Below, piece after piece: positions 50,606-59,101 of a DNA stretch of 64,000 bases. Every line of letters starts with the position of its first letter. The stretch's first letter is position 1. Below the pieces are notes generated by a model, which was not told the DNA's origin, searched no databases, and worked only from the letters and a program-made list of their open reading frames with translations. The position numbers and the translations under genes are program-made. The stretch spans positions 46,372 through 110,371 of IMG/VR virus record IMGVR_UViG_3300032030_000028, one strand, 5' to 3'. Source of the DNA: a virus. Taxonomy: Duplodnaviria; Caudoviricetes.

Positions 50606-50953
50606 ATGAAGACACTGAGTGAATCTATAATCGGTCGAAAAGGAACTCAATTTTCCCCAAAAGACGATATCCAAATAGGAGACATATTGGTGCAGAGAAA
50701 CGGATATTATTGGTACTTGCAAGATGATATGATGCTTATACATCATAGTAAAGGTGGCGAAGATATGACAGTATATATCGATGATTTTTTGGATGCATAT
50801 GATAATATGCTTAGAGATATCAGAGGTGGTGAACACAAGAATTGCGATATCGTATGCATATATCGCTTGGGTAACAGTATTCGTAATCTTGATTATAAAA
50901 AAATTCAAAATTTTATCAACCACAACTCTCCCATATGGAAGGCACGTGATTAA
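50606..50953 (+). CDS. SIIGR-leader protein, same subfamily
   Basis: MKTLSESIIGRKG; DIQIGDILVQRNG; DIVCIYR. Confidence 0.75.
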   Translation: MKTLSESIIGRKGTQFSPKDDIQIGDILVQRNGYYWYLQDDMMLIHHSKGGEDMTVYIDDFLDAYDNMLRDIRGGEHKNCDIVCIYRLGNSIRNLDYKKIQNFINHNSPIWKARD

Positions 50954-50962
50954 AAATATAAT

Positions 50963-51295
50963 ATGAAATCAATAAAAGAATCTATAATAGGAAAAAGAGG
51001 ATCTAAACCTTATAGCTTTTCAAAAGACGACCTCCGGATAAATGATATAGCAGTTACCCGTGATGGTACAATTATGATACTTAATAGCACTGGGCAATTT
51101 GAATATAAAAACGGATGTGCCGGTTTGAATTTTTTTAGTGACGATCTTTATTCTCTTCCGGCTACCATCGGACCACCGAGAAAAGATCGTAATCATGATA
51201 TTATGATGATTTACAGATGCCGGTTAAATTCTTTATATGAACCGGATATAGAAAAACAATTGAAAAAAGAAAAACCTATTTGGAGGCGTTCTTAA
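50963..51295 (+). CDS. SIIGR-leader protein, same subfamily
   Basis: MKSIKESIIGKRG; DLRINDIAVTRDG; DIMMIYR. Confidence 0.75.
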   Translation: MKSIKESIIGKRGSKPYSFSKDDLRINDIAVTRDGTIMILNSTGQFEYKNGCAGLNFFSDDLYSLPATIGPPRKDRNHDIMMIYRCRLNSLYEPDIEKQLKKEKPIWRRS

Positions 51296-51332
51296 AAAGA
51301 CGTTTTATTTACGCCGGAAACATGCTTATTTT

Positions 51333-51383
51333 AAGCGATCGGGGTATAACCAATATAACTACTCATCTAAAACAAGATCGCTT
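51333..51383. repeat. 51-bp palindromic element, copy 3 (core in reverse orientation)
   Basis: Reverse complement reads AAGCGATC-N6-TAGATGAGTAGTTATAT-N12-GATCGCTT, same spacing as copies 1 and 2. Confidence 0.75.
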
Positions 51384-51414
51384 AAAATATCGCAAATATA
51401 AAGTTTTTAAAAAT

Positions 51415-51795
51415 ATGAAACATATACAAGAATCTATAATAGGAAGGAAATCATCCAAAATAGCAATATCTATATCGGATCTCCGGTATGGGGATATTGT
51501 AAAATTAAGAAATCCTTATATATTCGGGATTATAAACAAATCGGAAGATCGAATAATCTGTTATCTGAATGAAAAAGCTACATGTGTATTTATTTTTTTA
51601 GATTATTATTCGGATTTAACTTATATTAAAAACAAGGATTATGACGTTATGGAAGTATGGAGAGATCCATCCCATAAATTAGTTCGCGAACTGGATAAAA
51701 TATCGCGGTATGACGATTTATATTTGAAATTTATATCCGATCTTAAAAATAAAATCTCGGAATACAATATGGTATTAAGGTATGAAAGACAATAA
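51415..51795 (+). CDS. SIIGR-leader protein, same subfamily
   Basis: Probable start MKHIQESIIGRKS at 51415; DLRYGDIVKLRN; DVMEVWR. Confidence 0.75.
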   Translation: MKHIQESIIGRKSSKIAISISDLRYGDIVKLRNPYIFGIINKSEDRIICYLNEKATCVFIFLDYYSDLTYIKNKDYDVMEVWRDPSHKLVRELDKISRYDDLYLKFISDLKNKISEYNMVLRYERQ

Positions 51796-51798
51796 ATT

Positions 51799-51824
51799 AA
51801 AAGGACCACACGGTCCTTTTTTTT
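51799..51824. terminator. Bidirectional terminator
   Basis: AAAAGGACC-ACAC-GGTCCTTTTTTTT between convergent arrays. Confidence 0.8.
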
Positions 51825-52326
51825 ATTTATATTGGAAAGATTCCAACCTTCTTAGCCATCCTTTAAGATAGAATTTTGCCCCATTGCAGTTAGCGAGATA
51901 TGCCCTTCTCTGCCGTATTAATTTATCAAACAATTCCGGAGAAGATTGTGAATTTAATGCAGCCAGTGTTCCGGACCCGAAAACTCCATCCATAGATACG
52001 CCTAAGGATTTCTGTATTAATCTTACATATCCTAATCCAGACATCCAGACCATATCAAAAACTAGGTCCGCCATGGATTGGTTTTTTATATCATCTCCTT
52101 TGATCTTGCTCCAGAATAATGTTCTTGCAATATCTAGTATATCGGCTTCCGTGAGTTTTTTAAGATCTTCAATGGTGGGTACGGGTTTGCCTTTCTTGCG
52201 GCAATATGTCTTATAGGTATTCAAGGTAACTCCTCTCCAGGTGGGTCCGCCGGAGTCTTTGGAGTCGTTAGCATATCCACCTTCCCATCCTAAGGTTTTG
52301 GATAATGATTTTTTCAGATCGGCCAT
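51823..52326 (-). CDS. Endolysin, glycoside hydrolase family 108 with peptidoglycan-binding tail
   Basis: EGGYANDSKDSGGPTWRGVT; C-terminal FYLKGWLRRL. Confidence 0.9.
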   Translation of the reverse strand: MADLKKSLSKTLGWEGGYANDSKDSGGPTWRGVTLNTYKTYCRKKGKPVPTIEDLKKLTEADILDIARTLFWSKIKGDDIKNQSMADLVFDMVWMSGLGYVRLIQKSLGVSMDGVFGSGTLAALNSQSSPELFDKLIRQRRAYLANCNGAKFYLKGWLRRLESFQYK

Positions 52327-52331
52327 ATTTA

Positions 52332-52697
52332 TTACTTTCTTTCAAATACGGTATTTATGCCCCAATGAATGATTCCTTTCAGATTGCGAGCCACAAATGA
52401 TTCAAGATCCGAGCTGACATATTGTTCTTCTGGATATATGACATCCGAGTCTGTAAATCTATATATAGCCATAATATCCCATATTTTATTACGTTTATGT
52501 GTTAAATTTATAGGATTATAACTATCTATATCTATACCTTCATCCGGACCGGTGAATGTATTTTTACCATGAATCATATCTTTATAAACTACTTTATATT
52601 GCCCGTTTCTCAATACAACTACATCTTCGTCTTGTAATTCAATATGTGGTATTACCGTTCCTCTCCGTCCTATTATAGATTCACTAATATGTTTCAT
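52332..52697 (-). CDS. SIIGR-leader protein, same subfamily
   Basis: MKHISESIIGRRG; ELQDEDVVVLRNG; DIMAIYR. Confidence 0.75.
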   Translation of the reverse strand: MKHISESIIGRRGTVIPHIELQDEDVVVLRNGQYKVVYKDMIHGKNTFTGPDEGIDIDSYNPINLTHKRNKIWDIMAIYRFTDSDVIYPEEQYVSSDLESFVARNLKGIIHWGINTVFERK

Positions 52698-52701
52698 ATA
52701 A

Positions 52702-53116
52702 TTAATTATAATATCCCCGATAATATATACGTAAAAATCTATTATATTTTTTTGTTCTAACTAGATTATTGAGGAAATCTTCCGCCTTCGCGGTATTATC
52801 GGCCATCTGTAATTCTTTTACGATCCTACCTGACGGATCCCGATATACTTCCATAATATCCATATGGGTATCATTGGAGCATGCCATATTGTCTTCATAT
52901 AGAGCATATTTTCCTATTAGTGATTTGAACTCATATCCTCCACCGTTCATATAATTTACATATTGTTCTGGGCCATCAAAGTAATCAAGATATTTTCCTA
53001 CAATACCTACGTTTTTATTTCGAAATATTACCACATCCCCCTTCTTTTAGATCATATTTATTTTCTATTGTCGGACGGAATTTTTTTCCTATTATAGATT
53101 CTTGCAATGGCTTCAT
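52702..53116 (-). pseudogene. Frameshifted SIIGK-leader gene
   Basis: ATG 53116 gives MKPLQESIIGKK..DLKEG. Length 415 nt (3n+1). Removing one G from the G5 run at 53037-53041 restores DLKEGDVVIFRN. Confidence 0.8.
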
Positions 53117-53130
53117 ATTTGTGTTTGTGT

Positions 53131-53607
53131 TTATTTTCTTAAAAATAACTTTGAAAAGTTCACCATAGAGAAAAATGTGCTGGGTTCAATAGCCCATTTG
53201 ATTTTCTTATCTTTATGAGCTCGGACATTTCTCAAATAACCGGTAGTAATATTTTCTATGTTTTTATGAACTGTCCTATTGGCAATTTCACCGCTGTGAA
53301 TTACAATCCAATATTGGGTCATTATTGAGTCTTCATTAGCTCCGGACATAATGAGATTTATGAGTTTTTCTGTTTGTGGATATTTTTCTAAATCTAATTT
53401 GTTAAGTTTTTCTATGCTTTTTTTCTGATTAGCATCCAAACTATTAATAAGTTCTTTGGCAGCGGCTCTTTTTCCTTTATCCCGGATAAGTTGCACTATC
53501 GCGGATATACCGTTTGGTATGCAAAAACATGCCGCTAAAAACAATGAAGCCATCATGCCTGAACCAATTTCTATGGATTCATTGATATAACTACCTAAGT
53601 TTTTCAT
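53131..53607 (-). CDS. Membrane-anchored protein with MKNLGSYINES leader
   Basis: Leader nearly identical to that of 5760, followed by a hydrophobic helix. Confidence 0.65.
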   Translation of the reverse strand: MKNLGSYINESIEIGSGMMASLFLAACFCIPNGISAIVQLIRDKGKRAAAKELINSLDANQKKSIEKLNKLDLEKYPQTEKLINLIMSGANEDSIMTQYWIVIHSGEIANRTVHKNIENITTGYLRNVRAHKDKKIKWAIEPSTFFSMVNFSKLFLRK

Positions 53608-54011
53608 TTCATTTTCATTTTTTCTTGTAAATCACTCCAAAGATCCCTAAAACTATTATAATTAGTGCTATTTAGTACACCCCTATATACTTCTATTATA
53701 TCGTCATCAGGATACTCTCGGTTTTGAAGATTCATATCATATTTATCAACTTGATGTAATCCTAAACTCCACATAGCTCCAGGGAAGACACCCTCCGACA
53801 TAATATAAGCTTCAAGGGTGACTTGATTGATCATCTGACGCCGGATCGCGGGTGGACATTGTTTGTAATCTAAGCATACATAACACCTGCCATCCCTTGT
53901 CTTTAAGACATTTAAATGCTTTAGATCCGTTATTTTAGGGTTAGATAATAGTTTTCCTCTGAAATAACCAGTTCCTTTCCGTCCTATTATAGATTCTTGT
54001 AATGTCTTCAT
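53604..54011 (-). CDS. SIIGR-leader protein, same subfamily
   Basis: MKTLQESIIGRKG; DLKHLNVLKTRDG; DIIEVYR. Confidence 0.75.
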   Translation of the reverse strand: MKTLQESIIGRKGTGYFRGKLLSNPKITDLKHLNVLKTRDGRCYVCLDYKQCPPAIRRQMINQVTLEAYIMSEGVFPGAMWSLGLHQVDKYDMNLQNREYPDDDIIEVYRGVLNSTNYNSFRDLWSDLQEKMKMK

Positions 54012-54013
54012 AA

Positions 54014-54361
54014 TTACTCCTTAGATCTGTTTTGATTCCGGATAATCTCTCTCATCAACGCCTTATCGTCATTCAATGATTTTTCCCGATCTATAGCCTG
54101 TCGATATCCGGACTGGCATAATTTTAATGAATCTTCTAAAACAATGATTTTTATGCCCAATGAATCTATAATCATCTTTTGAGAAATTATCACGGAATCT
54201 TTAGAAGTAATGGTTTCCGTATATTGTACATCTTTCCACTGATCCTTAGTCTTATGAGAGCAACGAGAACATGTTTGTAAACATATGACACATAATAGAA
54301 TAATTATGACTATTTTGGAGTTATCTAATATTTTTTTGAAAAATTCTTTTATTTTTTCCAT
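54014..54361 (-). CDS. Membrane-anchored coiled-coil protein (spanin/lipoprotein-like)
   Basis: IVIIILLCVICLQTC followed by a coiled coil; no leader. Confidence 0.4.
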   Translation of the reverse strand: MEKIKEFFKKILDNSKIVIIILLCVICLQTCSRCSHKTKDQWKDVQYTETITSKDSVIISQKMIIDSLGIKIIVLEDSLKLCQSGYRQAIDREKSLNDDKALMREIIRNQNRSKE

Positions 54362-54742
54362 TTAAACTATAAATTTTATTTTTTCTTGCAAGATATCCCA
54401 AATTGTTTGAAAATCTGGATAATCTTCATTATTTGCAAATATACCCCTATATACAGATATTATATCATATTCCTTTGAACTTCTACATGTAAGGTTTTGA
54501 TAATAGTTATCTAAACCTAATGGAGATATAATGGGCACGATGGGATCAATTCTATAAGCATCGAAATCATCAATTCTAATTTGTTGTTCACGAAGCCAAT
54601 CTGGATCTATACATATATAAATATCACTATTTGCACACTTCACCACATCTAGGTGTTGCAAATCTTTTAGTTTAGGATTAGATAACTTATACCCGACTCC
54701 CGATGATTTTCTCCCTATTATAGATTCTTGTATATGCTTCAT
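54362..54742 (-). CDS. SIIGR-leader protein, close paralogue of 53604
   Basis: Probable start MKHIQESIIGRKS at 54742; LSNPK..DL.HL and DII.VYRG shared. Confidence 0.75.
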   Translation of the reverse strand: MKHIQESIIGRKSSGVGYKLSNPKLKDLQHLDVVKCANSDIYICIDPDWLREQQIRIDDFDAYRIDPIVPIISPLGLDNYYQNLTCRSSKEYDIISVYRGIFANNEDYPDFQTIWDILQEKIKFIV

Positions 54743-54749
54743 ATTGTGC

Positions 54750-55226
54750 TTATATAAATCTTCCTTTCCAAAGGCCACTTGGAGTGAAAGTAACTAACTT
54801 GTCAGGATTTCCTCTTCTCGGCCACTTGATGTCTTTGAATGGGTCTACTTCATATACATTGTTGAATTCGAGATCTATCACTAGAACCTGTGTAGCGTTG
54901 TACTGTCCTGATACATAGAGAGTCAGATAGATCACATCCCTTGGCTCTTCTACTGAACACCAGTGAGCGCTCATCTTGTATTTGTCTATGTCTGTCGCAG
55001 AGAACAATTTGAAATTCTTCAGTTTATTCAAAGCAGACCTGAACTCCTTTATGTTATTAGTTTCCAGATAGTCATCATTCAACACGAGCTTTCCATCTTC
55101 ATACTTGTGTACTCTTATAGTGAACTCAGAGTTCTCCAAAGATTTCTTCATATCAAATTCATATGGAGTTATCACATCATGAAATAGTGATGATGATTCT
55201 TTGATATATCCCAATAAAGATTTCAT
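54750..55226 (-). CDS. Small protein with MKSLLGYIKES leader
   Basis: 158-aa ORF with a class-II leader. Confidence 0.65.
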   Translation of the reverse strand: MKSLLGYIKESSSLFHDVITPYEFDMKKSLENSEFTIRVHKYEDGKLVLNDDYLETNNIKEFRSALNKLKNFKLFSATDIDKYKMSAHWCSVEEPRDVIYLTLYVSGQYNATQVLVIDLEFNNVYEVDPFKDIKWPRRGNPDKLVTFTPSGLWKGRFI

Positions 55227-55277
55227 ATCTATATCTCAAATTTATTTCTATCTAATCCTATTCTTTCTATCTCATTT

Positions 55278-56666
55278 TTATAATATTTCTAAGTCTTTAA
55301 GGTGTTTATTAACACTCAAAAGTTTCTCTATAATATCGGTATCGGAATAACCGGATTGTGTGGGATACATCATGGAACAAAATAGATTCATGGATTCTTT
55401 ATGATCATCATAATTATCATCAATGAAATTGATATCTCCAGAAATTATGCATTTCTCAATCATGATGGCTTCTTTTTCCGGAAGGTTATCTAAGCAATCT
55501 CCGATTCTATTGATGTTATACTTCGGAGAAGAATACTTCCACCCTTCCACCAGACATTCAAACATATCATCTCCAATTAATGTTTCTTCCAGGTTCCGGT
55601 AGTTCCCGGAGATCAGGCTCTCACTGTAGATGTCTAGGAGCTCCTGCAAGAGCGGACGTGTTTTCTTATCGTTCTGCAGCCAGGTGATCACCGACTTGAC
55701 CCGTTGAGATACGGCGGCTCCGGTAATACCGTATTGTTTGGATAATTCCACACCTGTCATCTTCTTGTATCCATGTAATCCAAAATATGAATAGAATATA
55801 GACGTAGTTTTATCCGGAAACTTCTTATCTATCATATCATATATTTTCTCCATTTGTCCGGTATCTTGTATTTTTCCGGCCACCGGATCGGTAGTCATTC
55901 CCGGAAGACGATCAGCGAGATTGCCGTTTTCCCCATCACTATCCGTCATATCTATCCGGACAGTAGAAAAAGAACGTCCTTCTTTTTTCGCTTTTTCAAA
56001 TCCATGTTGGGTAACTCGGACGGTTCTGGAATAATTATTGATATCATTAAGTATTTGTTGATTGATACGCCATCCAGCATATTGCTTGAAGCTAAGCTTC
56101 TTCATTTTATCATCCTCGATATCGGAATGGGTATTTCTTTTATAATCATTCATGGCCTTAACCAGCCCCATATTAGCGGCACTCACTAATGAATTCCAAT
56201 CTAACCCACATTTCCCTCTATATTTAGCCGCAATAGACACAGCTAATTTAGAATATTGCTTCACTATCCGAGATCTTCCCTTTTCGGATGTAAGGTCCAA
56301 AGTAATATCGTCTGGATCTTTATCTCCATTCATCAGCGATTTTCTATCTTCGTCGGTTATCAAAAGTGGTAACATCCGAATATTTTCCTCTCCAGCCCGA
56401 TCAATACATTTTTTTAATTCCTCGATATTGCTTGAGGATACCCCAGTATCCTTAGATACAATTTTTAAATCGGTAGCACTCCCATGAATAATTCGATTCA
56501 ATATACTTTCATCCGTTATATTATAACGAATCAAGAGATTTATGATTTTTCTGATTTCTTCGGGTAAATGTTTACCCATTTTATCTACATAATCTTTCAT
56601 TTCTTTATTAGAAACTACATTAAATCTCCGATTACTCTCTAAAATTTGTTCAGTAAACAGTTTCAT
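55278..56666 (-). CDS. Phage sigma-70-family RNA polymerase sigma factor with N- and C-terminal extensions
   Basis: Region 2 (KLAVSIAAKYRG..LVSAANMGLVKAMNDY..SFKQYAGWRINQQI..SRTVRV) and region 4 HTH (MTGVELSKQYGITGAAVSQ). Confidence 0.88.
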   Translation of the reverse strand: MKLFTEQILESNRRFNVVSNKEMKDYVDKMGKHLPEEIRKIINLLIRYNITDESILNRIIHGSATDLKIVSKDTGVSSSNIEELKKCIDRAGEENIRMLPLLITDEDRKSLMNGDKDPDDITLDLTSEKGRSRIVKQYSKLAVSIAAKYRGKCGLDWNSLVSAANMGLVKAMNDYKRNTHSDIEDDKMKKLSFKQYAGWRINQQILNDINNYSRTVRVTQHGFEKAKKEGRSFSTVRIDMTDSDGENGNLADRLPGMTTDPVAGKIQDTGQMEKIYDMIDKKFPDKTTSIFYSYFGLHGYKKMTGVELSKQYGITGAAVSQRVKSVITWLQNDKKTRPLLQELLDIYSESLISGNYRNLEETLIGDDMFECLVEGWKYSSPKYNINRIGDCLDNLPEKEAIMIEKCIISGDINFIDDNYDDHKESMNLFCSMMYPTQSGYSDTDIIEKLLSVNKHLKDLEIL

Positions 56667-56803
56667 TATTACTAATATTTAATGATTAAAAAATAAAGCG
56701 AAAATTCATTATATAAATATCTTTTAAATATCTTTAATGAATATAAATATTTTTTCTGGTTTTGTAAAAATTACAAGTATTTATTATATTTTTATGTTAA
56801 TAA

Positions 56804-57259
56804 ATGTCTAAAAAGAACAATATGTGGGCGATATTTAATTTTATCAAATATAATATATACATCCGGAGAATAATCCGGGATGAAAAAATTCTGGACAAAC
56901 TTAAATATTTATTTGGTGGGAAGGAATTTAAATTAGATTGGATTTGTAGAATATATGCGGTGGTAAATCCGAATGTAGACAATATATCATCAGACGGTAA
57001 TATACTTATATATGATGACGGGCGTCCGGTTATCGAAAAATGGATTATGGATAATCTGAATATAATGTTTAAATTCACAACTTCAAACAACCTATTTGAT
57101 ATCTTAACCTATAAAATCGAAAAATTAGACGATGATGACAATTATTTAATAATATTTCAAAATATTTTTTATGATAGTGCCAAAAAATCAATGAAATGGC
57201 TTATGTCGGGCTGCTTATTGGCATTAATTTTGTTAATCACAATGATCGCAATTTTTTAA
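56804..57259 (+). CDS. Hypothetical protein with a C-terminal TM
   Basis: ORF with a terminal hydrophobic helix. Confidence 0.6.
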   Translation: MSKKNNMWAIFNFIKYNIYIRRIIRDEKILDKLKYLFGGKEFKLDWICRIYAVVNPNVDNISSDGNILIYDDGRPVIEKWIMDNLNIMFKFTTSNNLFDILTYKIEKLDDDDNYLIIFQNIFYDSAKKSMKWLMSGCLLALILLITMIAIF

Positions 57260-57281
57260 TTAAATAAATATATTACAAAAA

Positions 57282-57893
57282 ATGAAAGAAATCAAAAGAC
57301 CGGACATCGAGTTCGCTAAAATGGAAGATGTGGCTAAAACCGCAGAATTATGCGAGAAACAAATCGAACAATATAAAACCTGGGTGGATACGTTAAGCGT
57401 AGACCAATTAAAAGAGGAAGAAAAGAAGATTATTGAAATCATTAATGAATATGAAAAAATTCTTAAAGAGAAAACTTATCCATTAGGAAGAAAGGTTTTA
57501 TTTGACAATAAAACTTATACTTCGGATAAAGTTTTTAAATTCATTCAAGACATCATTAACAAAAGAGAAGCGAACTATTCCGAAACATTGGGATTATATC
57601 AGTTATATCAATACTGGGGGGGTAACAATACTTCTGTTTCATATCCAATTCTTGATAGTACACTACGCACGCTAGAAAGCACACCAAAATTCAAAGGAGT
57701 GTCCGATTGGGAAAAAATATTAGTCATTAACGAATATTTTAAATCCAATAATTCGGAAATGACAATGGATTATCTCCAGCAAATATACTATGCCCACATC
57801 CATAATGCAATTATTGATAAATTGCAACTTAATGATCCCGAAAAATCCAACACCAAGACCGAGCAGCAAGAAGGTCCTATTCAAATGGATTAA
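57282..57893 (+). CDS. Hypothetical protein
   Basis: 203-aa ORF. Confidence 0.65.
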   Translation: MKEIKRPDIEFAKMEDVAKTAELCEKQIEQYKTWVDTLSVDQLKEEEKKIIEIINEYEKILKEKTYPLGRKVLFDNKTYTSDKVFKFIQDIINKREANYSETLGLYQLYQYWGGNNTSVSYPILDSTLRTLESTPKFKGVSDWEKILVINEYFKSNNSEMTMDYLQQIYYAHIHNAIIDKLQLNDPEKSNTKTEQQEGPIQMD

Positions 57894-57912
57894 TATTCCG
57901 GAAAAATAATCG

Positions 57913-57938
57913 AAGAGGGCTCCCTGAGCCCTCTTTTT
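57913..57938 (+). terminator. Terminator
   Basis: AAGAGGGCTC-CCT-GAGCCCTCTTTTT. Confidence 0.8.
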
Positions 57939-57945
57939 GTAATAT

Positions 57946-58497
57946 ATGATCACTATAGGAATAGACCCATCTATTAATTCTACGGGAATATGTGTCCGTA
58001 CCTCCGATTCGTATGCATATTATATAATATGTTCGAAGATGACCAAGAAAATGAAATCTTTTAAGCACAATAGAATATGTCTTGTTGATTACGACAAAAT
58101 ACCTATTGCAGGATTAGATTATTCCGATAAAGAGTATATAAAATCCAATAATATCTATAAAATTATTGAAACTATCGGTAAGATTATAGATAATTATATA
58201 TCGGACGATATTGTATGTGTAAACATGGAAGGTATAAGCTATGGGAGTGCTGGAAGTGCGGCTTTGGTGGATTTAGCCGGATTGAATTTTGCTATCAGGA
58301 TGCTTTTATTAGAAAAAGGAATAAAATTCAAGATAGTATCCCCTATGTCTCTTAAGTTATTCGCTACTAATAATGCCGGAGCTTCCAAAGAAGAGATGTC
58401 CTGGGCATGGAAGCTTTTGGATCGAGAAATGAACGACATTGATAAAATAAAAATAGACGACCTTGCGGACGCCTATTTCTTATGTCGATATGAATAA
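57946..58497 (+). CDS. ruvC: RuvC-like Holliday junction resolvase
   Basis: IGIDPSINSTG, MEGISYG, ASKEEM, DDLADA. Confidence 0.85.
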   Translation: MITIGIDPSINSTGICVRTSDSYAYYIICSKMTKKMKSFKHNRICLVDYDKIPIAGLDYSDKEYIKSNNIYKIIETIGKIIDNYISDDIVCVNMEGISYGSAGSAALVDLAGLNFAIRMLLLEKGIKFKIVSPMSLKLFATNNAGASKEEMSWAWKLLDREMNDIDKIKIDDLADAYFLCRYE

Positions 58498-58500
58498 GAA

Positions 58501-59091
58501 TTATATTATAAAATCTGTGTAAGATATTCCTTTGATAATCTTATTTTCTTCCGGAATTTCTTTCAGTGCATCGTGTACAGCATTCCACATCTCGATAATT
58601 TGAGGTCGTGTATCGGAAAACGGATCAAACTCTGACATTTCTTTATTTTCTAAAATTTCTTTGACTTCCGGCATCGAATCGGACAATTTTTCATATAGAC
58701 ACAATAGATCTTTTGGTGTCCGAATATTATCTAAATCGTAAGCCATAATCGGATTGTCATCCATTACTTTCCGACCTGAACATAAATTATAAACAATACC
58801 AGAGCACTCCGTTATTTTATGGCGAACCGTACCAACCATATAATTACCACCATCGATTAGCAAGCAATGTCCGATTTTGATATTTTTTATAGCCTCTTCT
58901 ATGCTGTCAAATTTGTCGGACATTTCAAAATATCCGGATCTAATACAATCCTTTTTGATATCATCCGATTTTCCTTCTAAACAAGCAAACTTTATATCAT
59001 AGTTTTCTATTTCACGACTTATATTTTTCTTCGCTATATCTAATACAGATTGGAAATTGCATATTTTTTGTATATTAGAAATTTGATGCAT
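58501..59091 (-). CDS. Hypothetical protein
   Basis: 196-aa ORF. Confidence 0.6.
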   Translation of the reverse strand: MHQISNIQKICNFQSVLDIAKKNISREIENYDIKFACLEGKSDDIKKDCIRSGYFEMSDKFDSIEEAIKNIKIGHCLLIDGGNYMVGTVRHKITECSGIVYNLCSGRKVMDDNPIMAYDLDNIRTPKDLLCLYEKLSDSMPEVKEILENKEMSEFDPFSDTRPQIIEMWNAVHDALKEIPEENKIIKGISYTDFII

Positions 59092-59101
59092 ATTAAAATT
59101 T

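Noticed and set aside
47230-54778. ORF-track starts at 47230, 51280 and 54778 (also 1835, 18987, 41626)
   Set aside because: They overlap upstream genes or intergenic elements; internal ATGs, several carrying the family leader, are better starts.
56667-56803. Replication origin in the AT-rich divergent gap (AAATATCTTT repeats)
   Set aside because: Only short low-complexity repeats, explained equally well by divergent promoters.
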